A DNA stretch of 64,000 nucleotides from Octopus vulgaris (Eukaryota), in assembly GCA_951406725.2 (NCBI GenBank), contig OX597814.1:105896001-105960000 (forward strand), read 5' to 3'. The position numbers and the translations under genes were made by a program. The notes under the pieces are model-generated. The model had not been told where the DNA came from. It ran no database searches and saw only the letters and a list, made by a program, of their open reading frames with translations. Positions 25,940 to 39,243 of the stretch are shown here, one piece after another; the first letter of the stretch is position 1; every line of letters begins with the position of its first letter.

Positions 25940-26299
25940 ATGGAAGCACTCCGTCGGTTCCGACAACGGAATAGCCTGCTCGTGAAATTAACGTGTAAGT
26001 GGCTGAGCACTCCACAGACACGTGTACCCTTAACGTAGTTCTCGGGGATATTCAGCGTGACACAGAGAGTGACAAGGCCGGCCCTTTGAAATACAGGTAC
26101 AACAGAAACTGGAAGTAAGAGTGAGAGAAAGTTGTAGTGAAAGAGTACAGCAGGGATCACCACCATCCTCTGCCGGAGCCTCGTGGAGCTTTAGGTGTTT
26201 TCGCTCAATAAACACTCACAACGCCCGGTCTGGGAATCGAAACCGCGATCCTACGACCGCGAGTCCGCTGCCCTAACCACTGGGCCATTGCGCCTCCAC
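25940..26299 (-). mobile_element. tRNA-derived SINE family C (Ceph-SINE-like)
   Basis: Minus strand GTGGAGGCGCAATGGCCCAGTGGTTAGGGCAGCGGACT...GGTTTCGATTCCC (A and B boxes), tail ...AACCGACGGAGTGC. Related copies at 35245-35365 and 56835-57098. Confidence 0.8.
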
Positions 26300-26571
26300 T
26301 ATAGTAGAGAGAACTCAAAACATGAGTATATATATGTGCATGCACGCGCGCATGTATGTTTTATGTATGTATATACGGATGTTTAAATGGATGTACATTC
26401 GATTTGATAGAAAGAGAGAGTGAGCTCATGTGTGGCACGTACATTTGATCACTATAAGCAAATCCTCTGTACAGGTCGTTCGGCAAAAGCTGAACGCTTA
26501 AACGTAAATGGTGAAGAAGGCTGCCGTATAGCTCACTGTCTGTCTGTCTATCTATCTTTCTATATGTGTGT

Positions 26572-26678
<107 letters not shown>

Positions 26679-26733
26679 TACATATATATATACATATATA
26701 TACATACATATATATATATATACATACATATAT

Positions 26734-26791
<58 letters not shown>

Positions 26792-26902
26792 TAGATGTAT
26801 GTAGATAGTATGTAGATGATATGTATATATATATATTAACTGTAATGACTGATAGAAAAGTCCAAGGGTGTGAATAGTTTTCAGAATATCTATAAAGAGA
26901 AG

Positions 26903-26950
26903 GTCTTACAGCTGTTTCCAGGATATTTTATATATCCTTTCGTCAGAGAC
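26903..26950 (-). ncRNA. Type I hammerhead ribozyme motif with canonical core, in a ~300-bp insert between microsatellites (26836-27165)
   Basis: Minus strand: GTCT-CTGACGA-A-AGGATAT-ATAAA-ATATCCT-G-GAA-AC-AGCT-GT-A-AGAC. All three stems and the core are present. Confidence 0.85.
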
Positions 26951-27164
26951 GATGAGAGAAAATGTTTAAGTAATCGTTATCATAGAGAAGATATGAAATA
27001 CAGAGTGAAGTGGATGAATGAAAACAGACGTGAGACACATGAGGATATTGTATCTGCAGTTTCATTATTTAAGCAGAATGGTGTATATAGAAGTTTCCTG
27101 TACCTTGTGTGTAAGTTTCAATGGTATTTATAATTGGTCATTCCAAGCATAGAGTCTTGTAAAC

Positions 27165-27234
<70 letters not shown>

Positions 27235-27954
27235 ATGTATGTATATATGTATGTATGTATGCATGTATGTATGTATGTATGTATGTATGTATGTATGTAT
27301 GTATGTATGTATGTATGTATGTATGTATATACGTATGCGCGCGGCGCATGTGTGTTTGTGTTTGCCTTTGTCTCTTTACTGCTTTTTATCCGATGCTGGT
27401 TTGTTTATATTCCAATAACTTATGAGTTCCACTACAGAAAATTATTGAATAAGTACCAGACTTAAAAATAAAAATAAAAAAATAAATGAAAAAAAAAAGA
27501 AGTACTGGTGTCGAACTGCTCGACTAAACCTTGGTGGTGGGGAGGCTGCTCCAGTATGGCCGCAACCTCATAACTGAAACAAATCAGAGAATGGAATAAG
27601 AGAAGTCAAGCTTCTTTGATATGTTGACTCAAGGTTCCTGGGTGAAATGTTGTGTGTTTGTGTGTCAAGGGTGATGAGCTCCAACGGAGCCGACTCTTCT
27701 GGAGACTCTCTGTAGACTCTCAGGAAAACGGGTTTATACCTCCATCCTTACAAATAAGAGTCACAACAAATCCACCATTGTCAGCCTCTGATTTCTCTTC
27801 CCTTTTAATTTCAACAAACATTAAATTTATTTACGTCATTAATGCCTTTATCAATGCTTTTGCTATGATCATAAACGTTCCAGTCACGACTCTCACCTCA
27901 ATTTTACAGTGTTGGCATATCTATTCAATGACTCCTTATTTTTTAATGACTGTA

Positions 27955-28170
27955 AGGCTGAGAACTGACAGAATCGTTTAACATGTCGGAAAAAACGCTT
28001 AGCGGCATTTCGTCCGTCTTTACATTCTGAGTTCAAATTCCACCGAGTTCCACTATATCTTTCATTCTTTCAGGGATCGATAAAATAAGTACCAGTTGAA
28101 CACTGGGGTCGATGTAATCGACTTATCCTTTCTCCTAAAAGATTTCAGTCGTTGTATCTACAGTAGAAAG
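27955..28170 (+). mobile_element. SINE family A copy (degenerate)
   Basis: CTGACAGAATCGTTA..., GAGTTCAAATTCC, ATAAAATAAGTACCAGTTG..CTGGGGTCGATGTAATCGAC. Confidence 0.75.
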
Positions 28171-28764
28171 GAAATTCGGAAGACGGCACGGTGTGACTCG
28201 AGGTAGATATGACTACTAGCTTTAGCTCGTCGATATACCCTAGTAGTGTCTACGCCGTTGGTTTGTTTATTGATAATGAAGAGCTTACCTTCAAAAGCAG
28301 ATCTAGGCATCGGAATGACTTTTGAATCATTGTTTAAAACAACAACTTGAATAGATCTGATTTTGATTGGAAGACTAAGATTCGCCTCCTCTCTATATGG
28401 CATCTATTCCCAGCTTGACTGAAAAACATTTCACGTGCGTGAAGCCAGAAGATTGCAGATTGTGTTTTAATGATTATCATGGAATCCACCAAATATGCAC
28501 TTATAACGGTTTTGAAAGTAAGCTTCTAACGCCATCTGTTGGTCGTCATGCGACAATATTTTGTTTTACAAAAATGTATTAATTAAAACCGATATCTTAC
28601 TGGTTTAATTATTTGTCGGCCCCAGGAAGGGAATATATAAACTTAATAACCATCGGATGTAATAAAGTGGACGGTTCTATTCTTTCCGCCAACTCAGCTT
28701 TTAAAAGCCGACCTCAATGTCAGTCGAGATGGACTCCCGATTTTTATCATTTATCTTCTCGGTT

Positions 28765-28975
28765 CTCTTTTACTTGTTTCAGTCATTAGAATGCGGCCAT
28801 GCAGGGACATCGCCTTCATAATTTCTTAATCGAATGAATACTTATTTTTTTAAAGCCTGGTAATATTTTATCAGTCTCTTTGGCCGAACCGCTAAGTTAC
28901 TGGGACGTAAACACATCAACACCGGTTGTCAAGAGGTAATGGAGAACAAACGCAGACACTAAGACACACACACAA
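28765..28975 (-). mobile_element. SINE family B 3' half
   Basis: CTCTTTTACTTGTTTCAGTCATT...GCCGAACCGCTAAGTTAC...CGGTTGTCAAG. Confidence 0.8.
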
Positions 28976-28993
28976 GTGTGCACCGGTTTATGG

Positions 28994-29050
28994 GATTACC
29001 CTGGGTTTCCTGTCCATAAAGGGTGTAGCTTTATGGCGTATCGTCAGACC
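28994..29050 (-). ncRNA. Type I hammerhead ribozyme motif
   Basis: Minus strand: GGT-CTGACGA-TACG-CCATAAAG-CTACACC-CTTTATGG-ACAG-GAA-ACCCAGGGT-A-ATC. Canonical core, 8-bp stem II, near-palindromic stem III, GUA site. Confidence 0.7.
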
Positions 29051-29148
29051 GTAAAAACCGTTGGCCTGCTCTACATATTATATAACTCGCTATGATTGAC
29101 CGCTCACTCCAAAGGTTTTTTGATTCTCTCTGTTTATTTCATCGTGTT

Positions 29149-29186
29149 CTTTTCTGTTGAAGAGCGTAGGCTCGAAACGTAAAAGA
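29149..29186 (+). ncRNA. Minimal type I hammerhead-like motif, A6U core variant, in pLTR fragment 29125-29270
   Basis: CTTTT-CTGTTGA-A-GAGC-GTAG-GCTC-GAAA-CGT-A-AAAG. Confidence 0.6.
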
Positions 29187-29269
29187 CTTTCTCGGCTTCC
29201 CGAGTGTCAAACTGCTTGTTGTTTGTACACCTATCTTCGTCTTTTGTTTTTCTGTAAATTCCAACTATA

Positions 29270-29659
29270 TCTCTTTTACTCTTTTACTTGTTTCAGTCAT
29301 TTGACTGCGGCCATGCTGGAGCACCGCCTTTAGTCGAGCAAATCGAATGGATACTTATTTTTTAAAGCCTGGTAATATTTTATCGGTCTCTTTGGCCGAA
29401 CCGCTAAGTTACGGGAACGTAAACACATCAACATCGGTTGTCAAGCAATGCTAGGGGAACAAACACACACACACATATATATATATACATATATACGACA
29501 GGCTTCTTTCAGTTTCCGTCTACCAAATCCACTCACAAAGCATTGGTCGGCCCGGGGCTATAGTAGAAGACAGTTGCCCAAGATGCCACGCAGTGGGACT
29601 GAACCCAGAACCATGTGGTTGGTTAGCAAGCTACTTACCACACAGCCACTCCTGCGCCT
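29270..29659 (-). mobile_element. SINE family B, full-length young copy
   Basis: Complete reverse complement from tail to head (CTTACCACACAGCCACTCCTGCGCC). A further degenerate head follows at 29790-29940. Confidence 0.88.
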
Positions 29660-29661
29660 AT

Positions 29662-29787
<126 letters not shown>

Positions 29788-30436
29788 AAGCTTCTTTCAG
29801 TTTCCGACTACAAAATTCCCTCATAAGGCTTAGGGCAACATGAGGCAATAGTAGAGGACATTTTCCCAAGGTGCCACGCGGTTGATTGAACCCGTAACCA
29901 TGTGATTGGGAAGCGAACTTCTTACCATACAGCCATACCAGTCAAAATTTCTCTCTAATATTCAGTATTTCGTATCAATGTTCCTGTAATCTGAGAAATG
30001 GTAAAAATGATTAATGAAAGTCTTGTTAGTAAATTCTAAACAAAACTAAATGCGTCCTGCTGTAGATAACATCTTGAAGATGTAGAAAGTTTGCGTTGAT
30101 GAATGTAAATTGGGGTCGTGTGCGAGAAGCAGTGATGGAGGGCTGCCAGCCACCCTCATACAGTGTTCCAGTTCAGTTCAGCCAGTTCCACTCCACATCC
30201 TGTGCAGTCATGCTTGACGAATCTGAAACGATTGCAATCAGATAGAAGTCTCAACCAATTCCATTGATGATGTCACTCTTGAAAAAGGTAAACATCAAAA
30301 GAAATCGGAAAGGAAACAAAAACATGCCGAAACTACTTATATTATGACATGTTTCAATACATCAAAGAGATTTAAAATTTCCTGAAAAGCAGCGACAACA
30401 ACAACAACAACAACAATAATAATAAAAATAAAATTG

Positions 30437-30470
<34 letters not shown>

Positions 30471-31392
30471 TAATATTCACAATATTCATAATAAAAAATC
30501 AGACATTTATGGAATGCAACTAAAACAAGAAAAAAACACATGTCAGTCATTTTTTTCCTCTGAGAATTTAACCCGATTTAAATAAGGTTAATTCAATTGT
30601 TTAATTCTGTTTCTCCATTGGACTTTATTTTGCAGATCAACATATTTCAAAGAAAACACACACACACACACACACACACGAGTCAGTATATGTCTATGTA
30701 AGGCCGAGGTAAGACATTTCGATATTGCCATATTTCGTTACTTATATCTCAATGTTTTTCTGTTAATCTTTTTAGAGATCTTCTTTATCCTGCCAGTCAT
30801 CCGATTTTCTCGCTTCATATCGCCCACATAACTCCTATGTCTGGATTTAATATGTTTTTTCGATCTTTTTTTTTTTTGTACCATTGTTGCTATTTTTTTT
30901 TCCCTCTCTTTGTCTTTCTGTTTCCGTTCTGATCACAGACAATCCATCAATCAGCTTCTCGACCTCGCTACCGATCTGCCATTTCTTCTCTTTGTTTTCT
31001 GTCTCTTTCGTAATCCGTCTCAACTATATCTATATATAAAGAGAGAGAGGGAGAGGGGGAGGGTAGATATTCGTGTGTATGTGAGTGTATGCGCGCGTGT
31101 GTGTGTTTATGCATCTATGCATGTATAAATATATATTATGATATATGTATAAACGTACATATATTTATACATATGCATATATTTGTACCTCCATCTATCC
31201 ATCTATATATATATATATATATATATCATATATATATATATACATATATGTCTGTCTGTATACACACACACACACACACATACACACACACACACACACA
31301 CATGTATGTATATATATATATATACATATGTCTATGTCTGTATATATATTGAGATATACATATATATAATATATATAATACATATATATGTA

Positions 31393-31426
<34 letters not shown>

Positions 31427-31859
31427 AGTACGTGTATAAGTTATATATTCTCATTTACTTCTTTCCATTTTTCGTCTAAATATTTTTGCAATCTAAAAAA
31501 TAAATTCGGTTACAGGAATAATAAAAGTTTCCTGTATAAACATCAAGTCAACAACAAAACCGACGTCACCACCATCACCACCATCACCACATCACCACCA
31601 CCACCACCACCACCACAGCCGACAACAACAACACCTTCAGTAATAAGAACAACAACAACCACCACCAACACCTTTAACAAGAGCAGTAAGAACAACAACG
31701 ACAATAATGATACGTTGAAACAAAACCAGAAAATGTGTTGTGGTTTTTATTTTCCCCATCGAATACCTCTAATAATAAATACGTGATATTTTTGTCTCGT
31801 TTTGATTGTATCAAACATCAAAAATATCATATTTCATAAAAATAAATATAATCCAGATA

Positions 31860-31934
31860 GTTGATGATGATGATGACGATGATGGCGATAACGATGATGA
31901 TGATGATGATGACGACGACGACGACGGCGGCGGC

Positions 31935-31990
<56 letters not shown>

Positions 31991-32111
31991 CGACGTTGAC
32001 GATGATGACGATGATGATGATGACGATGATGACGATGACGATGATGATGATGACGGTGATGAGGATGATGATGATGATGACGATGATGACGATGATGATG
32101 ATGATGACGAC

Positions 32112-32142
<31 letters not shown>

Positions 32143-32476
32143 GTGATGGTGATGATGATGGTGATGGTGGTGATGATGGTGATGGTGATGATGACGATGA
32201 TGATGATGGCGATGATGACGATGATGATGATGATGATAATGATGATGATGATGATGATGATGATGACGATGACGTCGATGATGACGACGACGACGACGAT
32301 GATGATGTTGATGATGATGACGACGACGAGGATGATGATGATGATGATGACGACGACGATGATGATAATGATGATGACGATGACCATGATGATGACCATG
32401 ATGATGTGGAGGAGGACAATGACGATCATAATAATAATGACGATGTTGACGATGATGATAAACAACAATAACAACC

Positions 32477-32519
<43 letters not shown>

Positions 32520-32548
32520 TGATGATGATATTAATAATAATAATAATG

Positions 32549-32587
<39 letters not shown>

Positions 32588-32615
32588 GCAATAATAATAA
32601 TAATTATTATAATAA

Positions 32616-32674
<59 letters not shown>

Positions 32675-32682
32675 ATAATAGC

Positions 32683-32747
<65 letters not shown>

Positions 32748-32800
32748 CATTAATAATAATAAGAGTAACGACGATAACATCAATAATAATATTAATAAAT
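31860..32800. repeat. Compound trinucleotide repeat: ~600 bp (GAT/GAC)n, then (AAT)n, (AGT)n, (AAT)n
   Basis: Directly visible. Generates the poly-D/M/S/H/I ORFs. Confidence 0.95.
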
Positions 32801-33331
32801 ACATGAAAATAATGACTGGTATCAAAACATTAAGAAACGATGATGAAGAGTTAGTATGATGTTCATGGTGGTGCTGGTGATGGTGGTGGTGGTGGAATTG
32901 TTGTTGCTGGCAGTGGTGTCGGGTAGGATGCGAGTAAAGAAGATGTTAACCGGAAGTGACAACGTTTTTACAGAAGATCGTTCCATGTTCAATGTGGTGA
33001 TTATTTCTAATGAAATCATTTCCCAATCACACACAGAACTCATTTCGTTCGATACTCCATAATTAACGACATCTACCAAAAAGCTCTTCCACAAATCACT
33101 TCCATTTTCGAGAGATTCCTGGATTCTTGGATAAGCTTTTTCTTTTTCTTTCCTACTTTCTGTATTTCTTCATCAATTTCTCGTCTTTCTATATATTCAT
33201 ATGTGTATGTGATAGTGTGTGTATAAAATGTATCAATGCGTGTATGTATACGTGTGCGTGTATGTGTGTGTACAAATATATATTGCATGTATATCTCTCT
33301 ATATATGTATGTATATATATATGTATGTATG

Positions 33332-33402
<71 letters not shown>

Positions 33403-33485
33403 CATGCAGTTATGTATTAATTTATCTATGCAGCAATTTTTCTATTTATTTATCCACTCATCAATCTATGTATATATGTATGTAT

Positions 33486-33555
<70 letters not shown>

Positions 33556-33562
33556 GTCTGTA

Positions 33563-33596
<34 letters not shown>

Positions 33597-34019
33597 ACTA
33601 TCATTTTCACAACGACTTCATTAACTCACAAACCAATAAGGTGAAAACAAATGGCAAGATGGAAGCGACAAAAACAAAGTGAAAAAGGAGACAGAGTAAA
33701 ACACATGGAAGAGATAGAGAGGGACAGAGAGAGAGAGATAGATAGAGAGAGTGAGAGAAAGAGAGAGAGAGAGTTGTTGCGGGATGAGGGATAAAGATAA
33801 AGACATACTGTGAGAGATATAAAGCCAAAGATGTAATTTATTACAGTGAGAAAAAGATTCCCAATAAATATTTCCGAGAACAAAATAATGAACCAAGAAA
33901 AGCAAAAACATCTTTTATTTCCAGAGAGAATTTCTCTGCGGAAGAATAGCTTCTTGGAATAATTGTCTTCCTCATAAGCATATGTACGTCCATACAATAT
34001 ATTATACATGCGTACATAT

Positions 34020-34092
34020 AGCCATCCATCCATCCATCCATCCATCTATCCATCCATACATACATACATACATACATACATACATACATACA

Positions 34093-34126
<34 letters not shown>

Positions 34127-34142
34127 CATAAATATGAACATA

Positions 34143-34173
<31 letters not shown>

Positions 34174-34789
34174 ATACACACATATACATACATTCAAATA
34201 AATGTACGTATATAGACGCACAGATAAATGTGTATGCTTAAATACGTGTATGTATGCATACGTATATGCATACATACATTCATGGAGATAAGTGTACATC
34301 TGCACATACATTTGTACATACATGTATATACAGGTGTGTAAATACATAAATGCTGAGATGAATGCATAAATGCATATATACATACACACATACCTGCATA
34401 CATACGTACATACATACAGGCATATATATACATTCATACAAATATAAAAACATACATATATACATACACACATAGATACATAATACATACATACACACAT
34501 ATACAAACATGCATACATAGAAACATACATACATACATATACATACACATATACATACATACATGCATACATAGAAAAATATATACATACATACACACAT
34601 ACATATATACATACGCACATACATACATATATATACGTACACACATAAATACATACATATTCATACATACACACATACATACACACATACATACATACAT
34701 AAATATATATATACATATATACGTAGACACGTACATATATACATACATATATATGCATACACACATACATACATACATACATACATACA

Positions 34790-34821
<32 letters not shown>

Positions 34822-34958
34822 CATATAACATACATACATACATAACATGCATAAATATCACACATACATATATACATACATACATAAATACATACATACA
34901 TACATACATACATACATACATACATACATACATACATACATACATACATACATACATA
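34020..34958. repeat. Degenerate (CATA)n/(CA)n microsatellite field
   Basis: Directly visible. Confidence 0.9.
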
Positions 34959-35809
34959 CCCGATGACTCCAACTCGATTTCGAGTCACGCGTTCTTAAAG
35001 CCGCAAGGATATGGCTTGACAACAATATCTGTTCGATCAGTCTTGATCTTCTGGTCTGTGTGGATTGCCATATCCCAGAGTATGGTCGGTTTGATATTTT
35101 CTCAGACCTTTTCCGGAGTATACCTATAGCAACTGTTTTTTCCGTTGGCATTCCTTTATCCCCGTATTATGACCAACAACAACAACACCATCATCATCGT
35201 ATTCCACCTCCTTCTCCTCCTCCCCCTCCTCATCATAATCATGATACACGTTAAGGATACACGTGTCTGTGGAGTTCTCAGTCACTTCCACGTTAATTTC
35301 ACGAGCAAGCTGTACCCTTCATCGGATCAACTGGAACCCTCGTCGTCGCAACCGACGGAGTGCCACGATATTGTATCTATTCTTAATCGTCTGGTTTTAA
35401 GAGGAATTCTTTGTGGGATCGATGTGTTGCTGCTTTTATGATTAGTTTTGTTTTGTGCTGCGCATTACAATTATAATCTATTGTAAGTTCGTGGAAATCC
35501 GCAGAGAGATCGCTACAACATAAGTTATAGCAGCAAATATGATATAAGAGTGGTTGGACTAAAGAGTTTTTTTTTTTCTTTTGGGTCTATGTTCACAGCG
35601 TTTTCGTGATCACAATATGTATCACAATTGTACCAAAATATGAATGTATTATAACCCAAGTATGTGGATGATATACTCTTCTATATAGCACACTAGTTGT
35701 TGTTGTCGCTGCTGCTACTGCTGCTGCTGTTGTTATGGGGAAGACAGAAGATAGCTCTTTACTTAAATTCAACGCAGGAAACACTGCAAATAAAACTCAA
35801 ACTAATACT

Positions 35810-36850
35810 AGGTGCCTATTTGTAGATGGGAAATATTACATTCATTGCATCGATTTATGCCCAGAACCCAATTAAATACTTGTAATTACATGGAGTCAAG
35901 TAATATCCACTCGGACACGAAATGCCATTGGCGTAATCCCTACTTAGAAAATTATCTTGGATTATCCTCAGTAAACGAAGTATTGAAGAAATCCGCAGGC
36001 GACATGAAATATTACTTAACCACGAATGCTTCAAGAAATAGACCAACTCATAGAACAATACACGTGCAAATAAAACATATACGTCAGGCGGATCAGCGGT
36101 TCAAATTACACAAGCCCCATTCGAAGGAAATGGTAACATTTTAGATGAACTCTTCTTCAAAAGTCTTCAGAAAACAAAATACAAATAAAATACATCATTT
36201 CAAACTAATGAGACAAATAATATACAATATGTATCTTGTTTTGTTTGTTTGTTTTTTTTACTTTTTTCAGTCATTACACTGCGGCCATGCTGGAACACTG
36301 CGTTGGAGAATTTTTAGTCGAATGAATCGAACCGAGGACTTACATTTTTTAAAGCCTGGTATCGGGATCTTTTACCGAACCGTTAAGCTACGAGGATGTA
36401 AATACACCAACACCGGTTGTCAAGCGATTGTGGGGAGCAAACACGAACACATACACAAACACACACACAGAAATACACACACATGTATATACGACCGGCT
36501 TCTTTCAGTTTCTTTCTAACAAATCCATTCACAAGGTTTTGGTCGGCTCGAAGCTATAGAACAAGACCGATGTGACACGAAGTGAGACTGAACCCGGAAG
36601 CACGTGGCTAGGAGGTAAGCTTCTGATCAATAACAAATCACTGACAAATAACCAGCAATTAACAAATCTTTTTAATTTGATTGCAAATCTGAAACCACAA
36701 CACTCAAAATGTTTTGTTGGTCAAACAAGTAAGACACTTTGCCGTCGGCTGACTATGCACCGACAACGAGGAACAATGACAACGCGCAACATTCTAATAC
36801 AAGAAACAAGACAATAAATACTTATTGATAGAAGCAATATGCAAAATACA
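35810..36850 (+). pseudogene. Old Penelope-like remnant interrupted by a SINE B (36255-36625, minus)
   Basis: 36690-36780 translates as KCFVGQTSKTLCRRLTMHRQ, matching the YIGQT..L..R...HR motif of the 11414-11870 GIY-YIG. Upstream extent is only weakly inferred. Confidence 0.5.
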
Positions 36851-37099
36851 ACTCACTATTAAAATATACGCAAGCAACATACATTAGTCGCGAACGTACA
36901 TTAGTAAGTTTGTCACAATCAAAGCTAGACACCTGATTAGGGACGCTCAATCAAGAATGCAAATTTTGGCAGTAATGTTTGCATCAAACACATTAGTCCT
37001 GAGAAATATTAGAGAGGCAGCAACACACACCAATATAACTTCATCCTGGAAATTTATTGCTTCAAGAACAAAAAACAAAAAATACATATATATATATGT

Positions 37100-37265
37100 A
37101 GGAGTGGCTGTGTGGTAAGTAGCTTGCTTACGAACCACATGTTTCCAGGTTCAGTACCACTGCGTGGCACCTTGGGCAAGTGTCTTCTCCTATAGCCTCG
37201 AGCCGACCAAAGCCTTGTGAGTGGATTTGGTAGACGGAAACTGAAAGAAGCCTGTCGTATGTATG

Positions 37266-37317
<52 letters not shown>

Positions 37318-37505
37318 TCCCCCAACATCGATTGACAACCGATGCTGGTGTGTTTACGTCCCCGTCACTTAGCGGTTCGGCAAAAGAGACCGATAGAATA
37401 AGTACTAGGCTTACAAAGAATAAGTCCTGGGGTCGATTTGCTCGACTAAAGGTGGTGCTCCAGCATGGCCACAGTCAAATGACTGAAACAAGTAAAAGAG
37501 TAAAA
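37100..37505 (+). mobile_element. SINE family B, full-length young copy
   Basis: AGGAGTGGCTGTGTGGTAAG head to GACTGAAACAAGTAAAAGAG tail, with internal (TA)(TG)n. Confidence 0.9.
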
Positions 37506-38204
37506 AAAATATATGTGTGCGTATGTGCGTGTCAGTGTGTGTGTGTGTAATTCTTTTGTGGAATTGGAGCATCCGTCTGTCTGTGTGTCACTATGCGAAC
37601 GGGAATCATGAGAAAAACAAGAAAGGGACGAAGTACAAATATTTCAATGGTTGATAATGTTTTTCTCTTATTTCACTTTTTGTCGAACTTTTCTCGAAGA
37701 GACTCGGCAGTTTCCGCGAGTTAGTCTTCAGGAATTAAAGCAGTATCCTGTATCATCTTTAATGTGATTTATTCCTTCGACCATTTTGTAAGCGAGGCAT
37801 CCAAACAAGAAACGTTATCTAAAATTACCGCAATATGTTTTGTACAACAGTTTCAAATAGACACTTGACATGTTTATCTTTCAACGAATGAGATTCAAAA
37901 TAACGAAACAAGAAACCCAAAACATATTTAGATTTCCTACGAAACGAAGGAAGAGATGAAGATGGCTCTGGATTATCTTGTTGTTGTTTAGTCTGAATTC
38001 GGACCCGGTTGAGTAGACCTCAGAAGAAGACATTTCAGTTGGGAACAATCCGTTTATTTATTTCTATCTATCATGTACACCAGAATATATCATAGCTGTA
38101 TTTCTTTTCGTTTCAGCAGGGTATGATGGAATTACATGTAGATATAGCTGCTACTGCTAGCGAGTCGTGTTATCCCTTAGAGCCTCCCATACCGGTTAAT
38201 GCTA

Positions 38205-38400
38205 CGAGCTGACAGAATCGTTAGCATCCCAGGTAAAATGCTTAGCGGCGTTTCGTCCAACTTTACTTCTGAGTTCAAATTCCGCCGAGGTTGACTTTGC
38301 TTTTCATCCTCCCGGGGCCGATAAAATAAGTACCAGTTGAGTATTGGGGTCGATGTAATTGAAATTGCTGACCTTGTGCAAAATTTTACGACCAATGTTT
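38205..38400 (+). mobile_element. SINE family A copy
   Basis: GAGCTGACAGAATCGTTAGCA, GAGTTCAAATTCCGCCGAGGTTGACTTTGC, AAGTACCAG. Confidence 0.78.
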
Positions 38401-38696
38401 GGATGTAATATTTTGGCAATTGGTAAAATTCTATACTCCAACTGGTAAAATTCTATATTCCAACTGCTAATGTCACTGGGAAAGATTCTAACGAGACAGC
38501 AAAACTTCAACTTATCTTCCTGAATTTATGAAAAAGAAAAACCGCCACAGTGAAAATGTACCTATGAGTGTATGTGTGTGTGTGTTTGTATGCGTGTATA
38601 GTTTACTATTTCACTGCGGTAAGATCAACAGAAAGTACTTCATCCAGTGAGATATAAACATCATGTAATATTCTCAGTATAAAGATGTGACCCGCT

Positions 38697-38841
38697 AATA
38701 GTTTCTTGCTTTGGAGGCACGTGTCTATGCAGGTTATTATAACACGCCCTGTGTCTCCAAGCAATTATCAGGCTCTGAAGAGACACGCTGACGTGTTATC
38801 AAAAACCTGCCTTGACACGCGTCTCCAAAGCAAGAAATATT
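38697..38841. mobile_element. 145-bp MITE, internal-deletion relative of 19918-20425
   Basis: TIRs AATAGTTTCTTGCTTTGGAGGCACGTGTC / GACACGCGTCTCCAAAGCAAGAAATATT. Shares TGTGTCTCCAAGCAATT..GGCTCTGAA with the long copy. Confidence 0.75.
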
Positions 38842-38856
38842 TATACTGTGTACATC

Positions 38857-38906
<50 letters not shown>

Positions 38907-38910
<4 letters not shown>

Positions 38911-39111
38911 TAACCCAAGCATGAACAAAGAGAAAACACAACAACGCGAGGACGTGGAACAAGTATAGTGTAATTGGACGCTCAGGAATGGAAAGAAAGT
39001 AGGAGGATTTAACGTTTCGAGCGGAGCTCTTCGTCAGAAACAGAGGAAAAGGAAAGATCCAAGGAAGGGAAGACGGAGGAAAATAATCGCCAACGGTACA
39101 CTTTCGGTCAC

Positions 39112-39112
<1 letters not shown>
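38907..39112 (-). mobile_element. Penelope-type pLTR fragment between (TA)n and (TG)n (same family as 49791-50063)
   Basis: Reverse complement closely matches 49860-50063 and contains a hammerhead motif. Confidence 0.7.
39008..39040 (-). ncRNA. Minimal type I hammerhead ribozyme motif
   Basis: Minus strand: TTT-CTGACGA-A-GAGC-TCC-GCTC-GA-AACGTT-AAA. Canonical core, palindromic AACGTT stem III. Confidence 0.75.
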
Positions 39113-39149
<37 letters not shown>

Positions 39150-39179
39150 GGGAGTGTCTGTGTGCATATGTGCGTGTGT

Positions 39180-39243
<64 letters not shown>

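Noticed and set aside
26225-26299. tRNA gene on the minus strand
   Set aside because: A and B boxes are present but run directly into a SINE body and tail repeated elsewhere, so it is a SINE head.
31806-32859. Poly-Asp / poly-Met / poly-His ORFs as biomineralisation or metal-binding proteins
   Set aside because: All frames are open simply because of the trinucleotide repeat. No signal peptide, splice sites or unique flanking coding sequence.
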